From the NCBI GenBank assembly GCA_963847445.1, contig CAWJZV010000024.1:183671-247670 (forward strand): a stretch of 64,000 bases of DNA, in the 5' to 3' direction. The position numbers were made by a program, and so were the translations under genes. Within the stretch, counting starts at the first letter, position 1. Each line of letters opens with the position of its first letter. Shown here piece by piece: positions 1 through 8,898 of this stretch. This stretch comes from an uncultured delta proteobacterium. GTDB lineage: Bacteria; Desulfobacterota; Binatia; UBA9968. The notes under the pieces were generated by a model. The model worked only from the letters and a program-made list of their open reading frames with translations. It searched no databases and was not told where the DNA came from.

Positions 1-2
1 AC

Positions 3-1055
3 GCACCCGTATCCGCATACACCCCTGAAGTGGTATTGGCCGGCGAGAAGATTATTTCCGCCGACTCCCATATCAAGGAGCCGGAAGATCTGTGGGTCAA
101 TCAACTGCCGGCGTCGATGAAAGATCGCTATCCAAAATTTCCCAAGCGCAATTCGCCCGGCGAAAAACCCGGCGGCTGGGACCCCAAGGCGCGCATTAGC
201 GAGATGGAAACCGACGGCGTGTCGGCCGAAGTGCTCTATCCGACGCTGGGGCTGCGTTTGTTCGCCATGGAAGACGCCGAATGTCAGGAAGCCTGCTTCC
301 AGATCGCCAACGATTGGATGATCGACTACTGCAAAGTCACCCCGGGCCGATTGATCGGCATCCCGATGATTTCGCTCTACAACATCAAGAACGCGATCAA
401 GGAGCTCGAGCGTTGCAAGAAGGCCGGCATGGTCGGCTGCTTGATCTGGCAAGTACCGCCGGACCATCTGCCGTTCTCCAGCGACTACTACGATCCGTTC
501 TGGGAAGCCGCAGGCGAGATGAATATGCCGGTGAACTTGCATATCCTCACCGGATTCAACTACAGCCGCTTCGAGCGCAAAGGACTCGACACCTACAAGA
601 CCGCCGTCAACGATAAGGTCAACGACGCGGCGAATACGTTATTCGATCTGATCTTCACCGGCGCGCTGTCGCGTTTCCCCAAACTCAAACTGGTCTACGT
701 CGAAAATGAGTGCGCCTGGCTGCCCTTCTACTCCCACGAGTGGGACAAATACTACACCCGCTTCAAAACCAAAGTGCCGCTGCCGTTCATGAAGAAACTC
801 CCCGGCGAATATATCGACGAACAAGTGTACGCGACCTTTTTTAGCGACCCTTGCGGCGGCCAGCTGATGAATCGTTTCGGCCAAGACACGTTCATGTGGT
901 CCAACGACTACCCGCACGCCGCCTCGCCGTGGCCGCACTCACGCAAAGTGATCGCCGAAGAATTAGGCCACCTGCCTAAAGACGTGCTGCGCAAAGTCGT
1001 GCGCGAGAACGTCATCAAGCTCTACGACTTGAAGATCGACGGGATCAACAATTGA
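3..1055 (+). CDS. Amidohydrolase family protein (Amidohydro_2/LigW-like), probably 5'-truncated by window edge
   Basis: ISADSH, DGVSAEVLYPT, NLHILTG, MWSNDYPH motifs; frame is open back to the window start. Confidence 0.88.
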   Translation, partial: APVSAYTPEVVLAGEKIISADSHIKEPEDLWVNQLPASMKDRYPKFPKRNSPGEKPGGWDPKARISEMETDGVSAEVLYPTLGLRLFAMEDAECQEACFQIANDWMIDYCKVTPGRLIGIPMISLYNIKNAIKELERCKKAGMVGCLIWQVPPDHLPFSSDYYDPFWEAAGEMNMPVNLHILTGFNYSRFERKGLDTYKTAVNDKVNDAANTLFDLIFTGALSRFPKLKLVYVENECAWLPFYSHEWDKYYTRFKTKVPLPFMKKLPGEYIDEQVYATFFSDPCGGQLMNRFGQDTFMWSNDYPHAASPWPHSRKVIAEELGHLPKDVLRKVVRENVIKLYDLKIDGINN

Positions 1056-1074
1056 CCATTGATGATCCATGTGG

Positions 1075-1152
1075 TGTCATCCCGAACGAATGTGAGGGAT
1101 CTAGATTCCCGCGGAGTCTATCATGAGCGCTGCCGCTGCGCTCGAAATGACA
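1075..1152. repeat. Imperfect palindromic REP/MITE-like element (TGTCATCCCGA...TCGAAATGACA)
   Basis: Terminal inverted repeats and internal GGGATCT/AGATTCCC palindrome; half-site CGAAATGACA recurs near 32532. Confidence 0.6.
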
Positions 1153-1172
1153 AAATAACACGGAGAAACGCC

Positions 1173-1667
1173 ATGCAGAAAAGCGCCACCGCCGCGGTTT
1201 ATAAGAACTACGATCAACCGAAAACCCAGCTCTTTTCGCTCAAGACGCCGTACATGGAACAAGGCCGAGTAACCCAGCTTGTCGCCGAGACACCGAACCT
1301 GTGGATTCACACCAAGGTCAACGCCGAAGGCGGCGAGAACGAAATCCACAAGCATTTGGGCGAAGACCACGCCTTCATCGTTCTGGAAGGACAGATGAGC
1401 GTCTTCGATGAACAGGGCGGCGAGATCGAAGTGAAGCAGTATCAGGGCGTGATGATTCCCAAAGGCGCTTACTATCGCTATTTGAACACCGGCGACGGCA
1501 ACCTGGTGGTGATCCGCGTCGGCGCCGGCGTAAAGGGACAACAGCAGGCGGGTCAGGAAACGCGCCTCGGCGCCGACGGCAAACCACTGGTCAGCGGCAC
1601 ACCGGAGAACCGCAACAAACCGCCCATCGAGATGATCGGCAAGTTTTTCGCCGAAGCCGCGGGTTAA
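1173..1667 (+). CDS. Cupin domain protein
   Basis: GGENEIHKHLGEDHAFIVLEG and GVMIPKGAYYRYLN cupin motifs; GGAG RBS before ATG 1173. Confidence 0.82.
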   Translation: MQKSATAAVYKNYDQPKTQLFSLKTPYMEQGRVTQLVAETPNLWIHTKVNAEGGENEIHKHLGEDHAFIVLEGQMSVFDEQGGEIEVKQYQGVMIPKGAYYRYLNTGDGNLVVIRVGAGVKGQQQAGQETRLGADGKPLVSGTPENRNKPPIEMIGKFFAEAAG

Positions 1668-1702
1668 GCGCACGAAGCGCGGCAAATGACTTATCGAAGG
1701 TC

Positions 1703-1734
1703 AAGGGCCGCTCGCAATGAGCGGCCCTTTTTTT
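1703..1734 (+). terminator. Rho-independent terminator
   Basis: AAGGGCCGCTC-GCAAT-GAGCGGCCCTT stem followed by T tract, downstream of cupin gene. Confidence 0.88.
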
Positions 1735-1948
1735 GGTCCGGAGTTTCCGAATTGCCTTGACTCAAAGGTCGCCAATAAATTTGGCGGTCGGGCTCTTACG
1801 CTCCACTCACTAACCGATCTCTTCGCTGGTCCGCCGAACTCCGATAACACCAATCCCCATTTTCATCCACTGTGGGCGTGCGTAAGACCTTGAACCACTC
1901 TGTGGTAAATTTTTCCGGTCTTCAGTGGGATCACGACGCGGCGCGAAA

Positions 1949-3395
1949 TTAAGAACCGAAGGTTTCGCGGAGAATTTCTTTCACCGCGTCCGCCGAGATG
2001 TCGTCCAATCGCGCTGCGCCAGCAAGCGGCAGAGTTTGCGCAAACTGCCGCTGCCAGGCGACCGTGCCATTGTCGATGCGCACGACTCTCATTTCGACCA
2101 CTGCGCGCAAGGGCGACCGGCCATCGGTATGCCAACGGCGAATCTCCGATAGCCATAACCAGCCCGAGAGATTGGCGGTGCGAGCATTGGCCGCGGCGCT
2201 GGCGCCATCGAAGGGCAGGGATTGCAAGCGGCTATCCAGTTCCTCAGGGAAGGAAACGGTAATTTGCCGTTGTATCAGTTCGCTTCGGAGCGAGCCACGC
2301 AGCAAATCCATCACCGTGAGCCGGTAGTCGGGAGGAAGCTTGCCGGCGATCTCGGCCAAAGAGCGCAGTGGGTTGGTGCCGGGCAAACGCAGGTCAGAGT
2401 CCGTGCTGTTGCGCACCGGCGCCAGCCAGATCGCGCCCTGGCCAAGTAGCGATAAATCCAGCGGCGCTTGCGCGCGTTGCGCGGCGCAGCCGGAGACCAG
2501 CACAAACAGCAGCGCTAATAGGCAGGTGAGTCCCCGGCCTCGGCGCAAAATCGCTTGCCCAGCATAGACAGCGAAAATAACCACGCAGCCAAACGCCACA
2601 TCCGTCGGTCCCAGCGGCAGGTCCAGGCGCACGGATAGATAGAAGCCTAGGACCGCGATGAAAATACCGATCAACGACGAGAGCGACAGAAACGAACTCA
2701 TGCCGCGCGCCAAGGCGCGCGCCGCCAGGGGCGGTAAGACCATGAAACCGAAAACCAAGAGCGGCCCAGCCATGATGACGCCAATGGCAATGCTGAAGCC
2801 GCACAGAACGTACAACCAAAAACTCCACTGCGCGCTGCCGCCGGTGAGCAAGAAAGACAGATCGCGGTCGAAAGAGTTGAGTAAAAATTCCCGGCGAAAC
2901 AAAACCAGACCGACATATATCACGCCGTAGACGATCGCCAGCAGTTTCAATTCTTCCTTGGATAAGGAAATCACTTCGCCCTTGAGCAAATTGAGGATTT
3001 CCAGCTCACCGGCGGGGTTAAAGACAATGAACAAAATCGTCACTGCCGACGCCAGGGCGTAAGCCGCCGCAAGCCGGCCTTCCGGCGATCCAGTCGCGTG
3101 GCGATCAAGATAGGCCAGCAGTCCCATGCCGGCCAACGTGAACATCAGTGAACCGGCCATCGCCAATAGCCGTTCGCCGCCGCGTGCCGTGAGCGAAACC
3201 GAAGGCATGATGCAGCCAAAATGTGCAGGCCACGCCGCAGGCGGCGATTTGCGGCAGCGTCAAGCCGAGGAATACCCGCCGGCGCAGCATCAAGTGCGCG
3301 CCGACCAACGGACAAACCAATGCCAGGATGACGCTGCCGAGCAACGCCGGGAAAAGCAAGAACGACGGACTGAGAATTTCCCAAAAGCTCACCAT
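1949..3395 (-). CDS. Metal ABC transporter permease (ZnuB/MntB family) with C-terminal lipoprotein-like domain; frameshift ~3210
   Basis: [30 protein letters not shown]-terminus (ORF 3105-3479) joined to ABC-3 core ([31 protein letters not shown]) in ORF 1949-3208. Confidence 0.82.
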
Positions 3396-4071
3396 GGATG
3401 TTGCGCCACCGATCCTTCTTCCCACGCCACTTTGCCGCCGTCGACGCGCAAGATCTTTGTCGGTCACGCTGCGCACCATGCGTAGATCGTGGCTCGAAAA
3501 GAAATATCGCTTTGCCTTCGTCGCGATTGAGTTTGATCAAAAGCTCGCTGATCGCTTTCTGCGACTCCGGGTCGACGCCGGACAGCGGTTCGTCGAGAAT
3601 CAAAATCTTCGGGCCGACCATGAGTGCCCGGGCGATCAGCATGCGTTGACTCTGGCCGCCGGACAGCGAAAAGAAAGAGCGTCCCGCCAGATGACGATAA
3701 CCCGACCTGCTCGATCACATCGTGCAAGCGCTGTTTTTCCCGTCCCGGCAGACCCAGATAGGGCTTTAGCCGTCCAAGCCGCCCATCGCCACCACTTCGC
3801 GCGCGGTGATCGGAAAGGTCGAATCGAGCGCAGAACTCTGCGGCACGTAGCCGAACTCGCTGAGCGCGCAGTTGCGCACGAGCAAGCCGCTGATCGACGG
3901 GAAGAAATCCCAGAATCGTTCGAAGATCGTGGTCTTGCCGGAACCGTTAGGACCGGCCATCGCAATGAGTTCGCCGGCATGGATATCCAGATCGACGGCT
4001 TGCAATACCGGCGACACCGTCGTAACCGAGCGTTGCAGCGCGAAGAGAAATCAACGGGAGAGCTTACTCAC
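3389..4071 (-). CDS. Metal ABC transporter ATP-binding subunit (ZnuC/MntA family), several frameshifts
   Basis: Walker [27 protein letters not shown], Walker [13 protein letters not shown] in successive frames. Confidence 0.85.
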
Positions 4072-4120
4072 GCAAGCTCTCCCTCAAAATGATCGAGTTC
4101 AAGTTGCATTAGGATCTTTC

Positions 4121-5045
4121 CTAACTCTTTTTGAGCGCGCCTAGCAAACTCCTGAGGTTGTAATCGATAAATTTGATGTAGCTGTCGGTCTCCGCCGTTG
4201 CGCCGCCGGTGCTTTGCAGTCGCACCACTGCGGCGCCGGTCTGACCCGCGAGCTGCTTCGGATAGCGATCGCTTTGCGGCCCGTAGATGATCACCTGCAC
4301 TTTTTCCTGCTGCATTTTCTGGACAAGACCCACCAAATGATTCGGCGTTGGTTCAATGCCGGGTTTTAGTTCGATGCTACCGATCTGCTGAAGGCCAAAG
4401 CGACTCGCGAAATAGGCCCAATCGCTATGATAGGCGACGAACTTGGTTCCCTTCAGTGGCGCTGCCAGGGTTTGCCATCTTGCAATCGCTTTGTCCAACT
4501 CGGCCAAATAGGCGGTTAAGTTCTTCTCGAAGACCGCTTTATGTTGCGGAAAATTACGCGCCAAACCGTCGGCGATATTGCGCGCGATCACTTTACCGTT
4601 GAACGGATCGAGGTTGTAATGCGGATTGCCCTTGGGATGGACATCGTCCTTCGGCGCGGTCAACGCTTTTCGGCACGTCCAGCACGGTAATCCCCGCCGA
4701 ACAATCGACATGGCCGGGCTGGCCCGGCATGATTTTCGGGTTGCTCGCCGGCTCCAAAAGCGCCGGCAGCCAAGAAATTTCCAGATCCAACCCCATGGCG
4801 ACGAGTATATTGGCGCGGTTGAGCCTGGGAACAAAACTCGGCTTGACCGGCACCGCGTGCATGAACTCAACACCGCGGGTGAGACTCTCGACCTCGACCA
4901 ACTCCTTGCCGATCTGTTTGGTGATATCCGCCAGGTCGGGAATCGTCGTGACGACGCGAATCGGCTGCGCATGAGTGACGGCGACAGCGCCCCAGAGCAG
5001 ACTGAAAAATAATAAGCTGATAAAACTTCTTCGTTTCACTCGCAT
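4121..5045 (-). CDS. Metal ABC transporter substrate-binding protein (ZnuA/TroA family); frameshift ~4655
   Basis: Signal peptide, VVTTIPDLADITKQIG, HAVPVKPS, DVHPKGNPHYNLDP, YHSDWAYF, ELKPGIEPTPNH. Confidence 0.87.
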
Positions 5046-5074
5046 GATTTTGTCTCCTTCCTTGAGCCCCGCCA

Positions 5075-6327
5075 TTAGCGGTTGGCGAAGCCGTGCGAAT
5101 GGGCGCCCAACGTGGTCGTCCACTGCAGAAAAAATTGGTTACCGCCGTCGGCTCTTCGATTCGTTAACGTTGTCGTTGCCGTAGGTGTATTGGAAGCGCA
5201 GCCGGTTAAACTCGCTCAGCTTCCAGGTCAAGAAGGGTGAATAGCTCTGAGTCTTCTTACCCGGGCTGGCCAAACTCGGCGCATTGTCGTACAGAAACCC
5301 GGCCGACCACTCGACGGTTGAGCTTTGCCTCGACGTAGGCGTAGCCGCCAGGGGCAAACATGCGCCGGAACCCTGAGTCGCGCTCGACGCGCTCGCTGTT
5401 GCCAAACAGTTCGGCGCCAACCGTCACGCCTTGATGCAGGGTGCTGTCGAGCGGTTGGTAGCGATAGGTCAAGTCTAAGCCACTGAGTGTCCGGCTTCCG
5501 CCATGGGGATCGGACGGAATGCGAATCGAGGGCGTATAGGCCAAGCTCGTTCCCAGTTCGATGCTGTGATTATCGCTCAAATCGAAATAAGTATTGAGCC
5601 GCCCGAGATAGGTAAACCGGCTCCAGGCGCGTGACTTGGTATCGTCCAAGCGCTCGTTTTCCGCGCCGAGCTTATTGTAACCGCCAACGGTGCCGCGCAA
5701 GAAAAACGGCGTCGGGAAAAGATAGCTCAACTCCGCGCCATCGGCTTTCGATTCGCCGCCGACGATGCGCTCCAGCGAGAGCGGCGTATTCACAAAGGCA
5801 TATTCATGGGGATGGAACTTGGCCAGGCGGCCGAAGTCGGCGAAAAACCGCCCGCCGCGGGCTTGCAAATTCCACGGCAACGAGGTCGTCACCATCGCCG
5901 CCTCCTCGACCTCGACGCCGTCGCCGCTGCCGGTAAAAAACGCGTAGCCGCGCGCATAGGGATCGATGGAGGCCGCAATGCCGATCTCCGCCGAGCGGAA
6001 ATTGAACGTCCCGCCGGCTTTGCTGCGTTGCTCGGCAGTGGCGTCGATCGCCATGCCGATGGCGGGATTGAGCGCCGACGGCGCGCTTTGGACAGCTCTG
6101 ACTGACTTTTCGACTTGATCCACCCGTGTGGCCGTGGTGCCCTTCTCTTTTTCCAATTGGTCGATTCGCTGCAGCGCCTTTTGCAGCTGCTGCTCCATGC
6201 CCTTGACCAGAGAACGTAACGATTCGAGCTCGGAATTTTGTGCCAAGCCCCGCTCAGAAATGAATAATAAAACGGTAAATACGGCGGACGCCACCACTGA
6301 TGGTGTCCGCGAAGCGGATGAAACCAT
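5075..6327 (-). CDS. Outer-membrane beta-barrel of metal-uptake operons ('zinc-regulated TonB-dependent receptor'-like porin); frameshifts near 3' end
   Basis: Signal peptide + coiled coil, LNPAIG, IDPYARG, VEVEEA, GGRFFADFGR..HPH; reconstructed C-terminus SEFNRLRFQY...FLQWTTTLGAHSHGFANR*. Confidence 0.72.
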
Positions 6328-6355
6328 GATGAGCCTCCCTCACGAGACAACAAAA

Positions 6356-6387
6356 TCCCCTCCGCTCGGGCAAACCCGACGGAGGGA
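6356..6387 (-). promoter_or_regulatory. GC-rich hairpin between uORF and porin start (candidate attenuator / anti-SD)
   Basis: mRNA UCCCUCCG-UCGGG-UUUG-CCCGA-G-CGGAGGGGA followed by UUUUGUU; 5' arm complementary to the GAGGGAGG RBS. Confidence 0.5.
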
Positions 6388-6414
6388 AAACCAATATCGC
6401 TGTGGTTTGATGAA

Positions 6415-6711
6415 CTAGACTGGGAGTGAGAGAGGCGGTCCGCGGACAAATGGGCGCTGCGGCGCGGTGAAATTCCACTCGTCGCTCTGCGCTTCGAGCA
6501 AAATGGCAAATTGTGCGACTGGCAGGATGGCTGGCGCGGCATCGTGCACAACCAACTCCGTGCGCGCACCTTGCACGCAACTGCATTGGCTGCTCAGTTG
6601 CGACGACAGCGAAACATGAAAATGCAGCGGCAGGAAGAAAACAAACAGCAATGTCGCCGCACAGGCAAAACGGCCAAATGCGCGGGCTGTGCGAATTCGC
6701 AAAACCGGCAT
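6415..6711 (-). CDS. DUF2946-like leader protein with C-terminal RGPP arrest-type motif
   Basis: 98 aa: basic N-terminus, hydrophobic segment, HxH, CxC, Pro/Ala linker, RGPP 5 residues before stop; first gene of metal uptake operon. Confidence 0.75.
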   Translation of the reverse strand: MPVLRIRTARAFGRFACAATLLFVFFLPLHFHVSLSSQLSSQCSCVQGARTELVVHDAAPAILPVAQFAILLEAQSDEWNFTAPQRPFVRGPPLSLPV

Positions 6712-6717
6712 GAAAAG

Positions 6718-6746
6718 AACCTACTCAAAGGCCATGGGCTTGTCAA
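6718..6746 (-). promoter_or_regulatory. Sigma70-type promoter giving a probable leaderless transcript
   Basis: TTGACA-N17-TAGGTT then 6 nt to the ATG at 6711; no SD sequence. Confidence 0.65.
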
Positions 6747-6762
6747 TAAAAACTAAAAACGG

Positions 6763-6906
6763 TGCTCCATGCGGGCAGGCAACCAGGCACTCCAGGCCAC
6801 CCGCTGTTAGTTTGTCCGCCTGGACCCTCCAGCGAACTCTGGCCATTCCACCAGGCTCCGGGTTTATCAGTAGTCCATAGCCAGTCCCGCCAACGCCCCC
6901 GGAGTC
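6763..6906 (-). ncRNA. Structured ncRNA candidate, 6S RNA-like
   Basis: Ends pair (CTCC/GGAG), A/C-rich central bubble (TGATAAACCC / ACAAACTAACAG), inner GCCTGG/CCAGGC stem, GGAGC and AGCGGGT motifs, followed by T tracts; folded by eye only. Confidence 0.42.
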
Positions 6907-6963
6907 AGCTCCTAACTAGCTGGTTTTTGGATTGTCTGTTACTCGGATTTTATTGATCAACCG

Positions 6964-6991
6964 GTAAACCGACCGCGGCTGGCGCCGTCTA
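6964..6991 (+). promoter_or_regulatory. ECF sigma-type promoter
   Basis: GTAAAC-N16-CGTCTA about 40 nt upstream of the first ATG of the ECF operon; fits the AAC...CGT ECF consensus. Confidence 0.65.
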
Positions 6992-7032
6992 ACCGGTACA
7001 GAACGTAAAAACTGGCTTAGGAGGCATTCGAT

Positions 7033-7428
7033 ATGAATACTAAATCGGTCATGGGCACCGGATTGCTCGTGGCGACTTTGGCGCTGGCAGGTTCGCCAGT
7101 AATTGCCGCGGAAACCAAGGTCACCCCGGTGGAGAAAACCGAGTTGAGACAGGACCGCAAGGAAATCCGCCAAGACCGCCGGGAGATCAAGAGCGACCGC
7201 CGAGAGTTGCGCAAGGACCGCAAAGAGCTGCGCTCTGACCGCCGCGAGTTACGCCGCGATCTCAAGCACGGCGCTAGCAAAGAAGAAATCGCCCAAGACC
7301 GCGCAGAGATCGCCCAGGGCAAGGCAGAGATTAAAGGCGACAGGAAGGAATTGAAACAGGACCGCGTAGAACGGCGCCAGGATCGCAAAGAGCTGCGAGC
7401 CGATCGCCGCGACGCCGTAAAGAACTAA
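7033..7428 (+). CDS. Secreted highly charged heptad-repeat (DRxE[LI]R) protein
   Basis: AGGAGG RBS, Sec signal peptide, about a dozen DR[KR]E[LI][RK]x repeats. Confidence 0.8.
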   Translation: MNTKSVMGTGLLVATLALAGSPVIAAETKVTPVEKTELRQDRKEIRQDRREIKSDRRELRKDRKELRSDRRELRRDLKHGASKEEIAQDRAEIAQGKAEIKGDRKELKQDRVERRQDRKELRADRRDAVKN

Positions 7429-7441
7429 CCGGGAGCCGACC

Positions 7442-8107
7442 ATGGCATGCCTTCAAGCGGCGGCAGAACTTGAATTCTTCCGCCGCCCCCTCCACACTGA
7501 TGCGAGCGCGCGTGAATCGACGAAAGGCAGGACCAGCCAATTGGCGAACTCTGGGGATGAGGAGTTGGTGGCGTTGGCCCAACAGGGCGACCGCCGGGCG
7601 TTCGAAGAACTGATCGAGCGCCACAAGCAGAAGGCCTACCATATCGCCTTTGGCTTCGCCCGCGATCGCGAGGAGGCCAAGGATCTGTCGCAAGACGCCT
7701 TCTTGAAGGCGTTTATTTATTTGAAGAACTTTGACGGCCGTTCGAGTTTTTACACTTGGTTTTATCGCATCGTCGTCAACGTCTGTCTCGACTACAAGCG
7801 GCGCGCCAAGCGCACCTCCGCCGGCGAGTTTGACGAGACCATCGAGAGTCAAATGGAACCGTCCCATAATCCGGCTCGGCCGCTGGCGCCGGAGCAGCAT
7901 GTGCAGGCCAGGCAGCTCTCGCGAAAAGTCGACGCCGCCCTGCAAAAACTGCCGGCGAAACAGCGCATGGCATTTATTTTGAAGAACAATCAAGGACTAT
8001 CGATTAAAGAAATCGCCGCGACCATGGAAACCGCCGAGGGCACCGTGAAAGTGCATTTGCACCGCGCGGTCACCACGCTACGGCAAAGCTTGGCGGAATT
8101 GGTCTAG
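7442..8107 (+). CDS. ECF RNA polymerase sigma-70 factor
   Basis: AQQGDRRAFEELIERH, DLSQDAFLKA, SSFYTWFYRIVVN (region 2), EIAATMETAEGTVKVHLHRA (region 4). Confidence 0.95.
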   Translation: MACLQAAAELEFFRRPLHTDASARESTKGRTSQLANSGDEELVALAQQGDRRAFEELIERHKQKAYHIAFGFARDREEAKDLSQDAFLKAFIYLKNFDGRSSFYTWFYRIVVNVCLDYKRRAKRTSAGEFDETIESQMEPSHNPARPLAPEQHVQARQLSRKVDAALQKLPAKQRMAFILKNNQGLSIKEIAATMETAEGTVKVHLHRAVTTLRQSLAELV

Positions 8108-8115
8108 GAGGAATT

Positions 8116-8634
8116 ATGACGGAGCGACTCAACCCGGCAGCAAGCGCCTGCGCAGACTTGGAAGCGGACCTCGTGCTGCTTCATTACGGCGACTTGGACG
8201 GCGCCGAGCGCGCGCGGCTCCAAGCCCATGCCGCCAATTGCGCCGGCTGCTCGAGCTATTTGACCGAACTCGCAACCCTGCTGCCGCTGGCGGACACAAC
8301 CGACACGCCGCCGCAAGAGTTCTGGATGAACTATAACCGTGAGTTGCGCCACAAGATCGACGCCGCGGTTGAAAACAAATCTTGGTGGCAGAATTTCACG
8401 GCGATTTTCAGACCTGGCTACCTGCCCGCTCTGGCCACCGCCGCGGTGGTGGTCTTGGCGCTGACCTTCACTCTCGGTGGCGGCCTGTGGTCCGCCAAGA
8501 ACGGCACGCCGGACGTTGAGTTGACTGAAGCGCTCCCGGTGGCGGAGAACTTGGAATTCTTCCGCGCCATGGATGTATTGGATGAATTGGATCTGCTCGA
8601 AGTCATGGACAGCCAAGGCAACAACGCTGCCTAG
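8116..8634 (+). CDS. Zinc-binding (zf-HC2/ZAS) transmembrane anti-sigma factor
   Basis: HAANCAGC (HxxxCxxC), one TM helix, short acidic periplasmic tail; directly after sigma. Confidence 0.88.
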   Translation: MTERLNPAASACADLEADLVLLHYGDLDGAERARLQAHAANCAGCSSYLTELATLLPLADTTDTPPQEFWMNYNRELRHKIDAAVENKSWWQNFTAIFRPGYLPALATAAVVVLALTFTLGGGLWSAKNGTPDVELTEALPVAENLEFFRAMDVLDELDLLEVMDSQGNNAA

Positions 8635-8646
8635 GGAAACCGGCCC

Positions 8647-8898
8647 ATGAATCACCGCAACTGGTTGCCTCTGACGCTATTGCTGGCGACCGCGCAGCCG
8701 GCACTGGGGGCGACCAAGGAAGCCCAGCTGCCGGACAAGGAGATGCTCCAGATCATGGAGTTTTTGCGCGAAATGGAAATGGTCAAGCAGATGGAAATGA
8801 TGCGCGACTTAGACCATGTCGAGTCGGTCGGCGAACAGGCGAAAAATAGCGTGCCGCCAAAACCATCGCCGGTGAAAAAGAAGGAGACCCCCAAGTGA
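8647..8898 (+). CDS. Small secreted Met-rich protein resembling anti-sigma periplasmic tail
   Basis: Signal peptide; IMEFLREMEMVKQMEMMRDLD; GTGA overlap with next gene. Confidence 0.72.
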   Translation: MNHRNWLPLTLLLATAQPALGATKEAQLPDKEMLQIMEFLREMEMVKQMEMMRDLDHVESVGEQAKNSVPPKPSPVKKKETPK

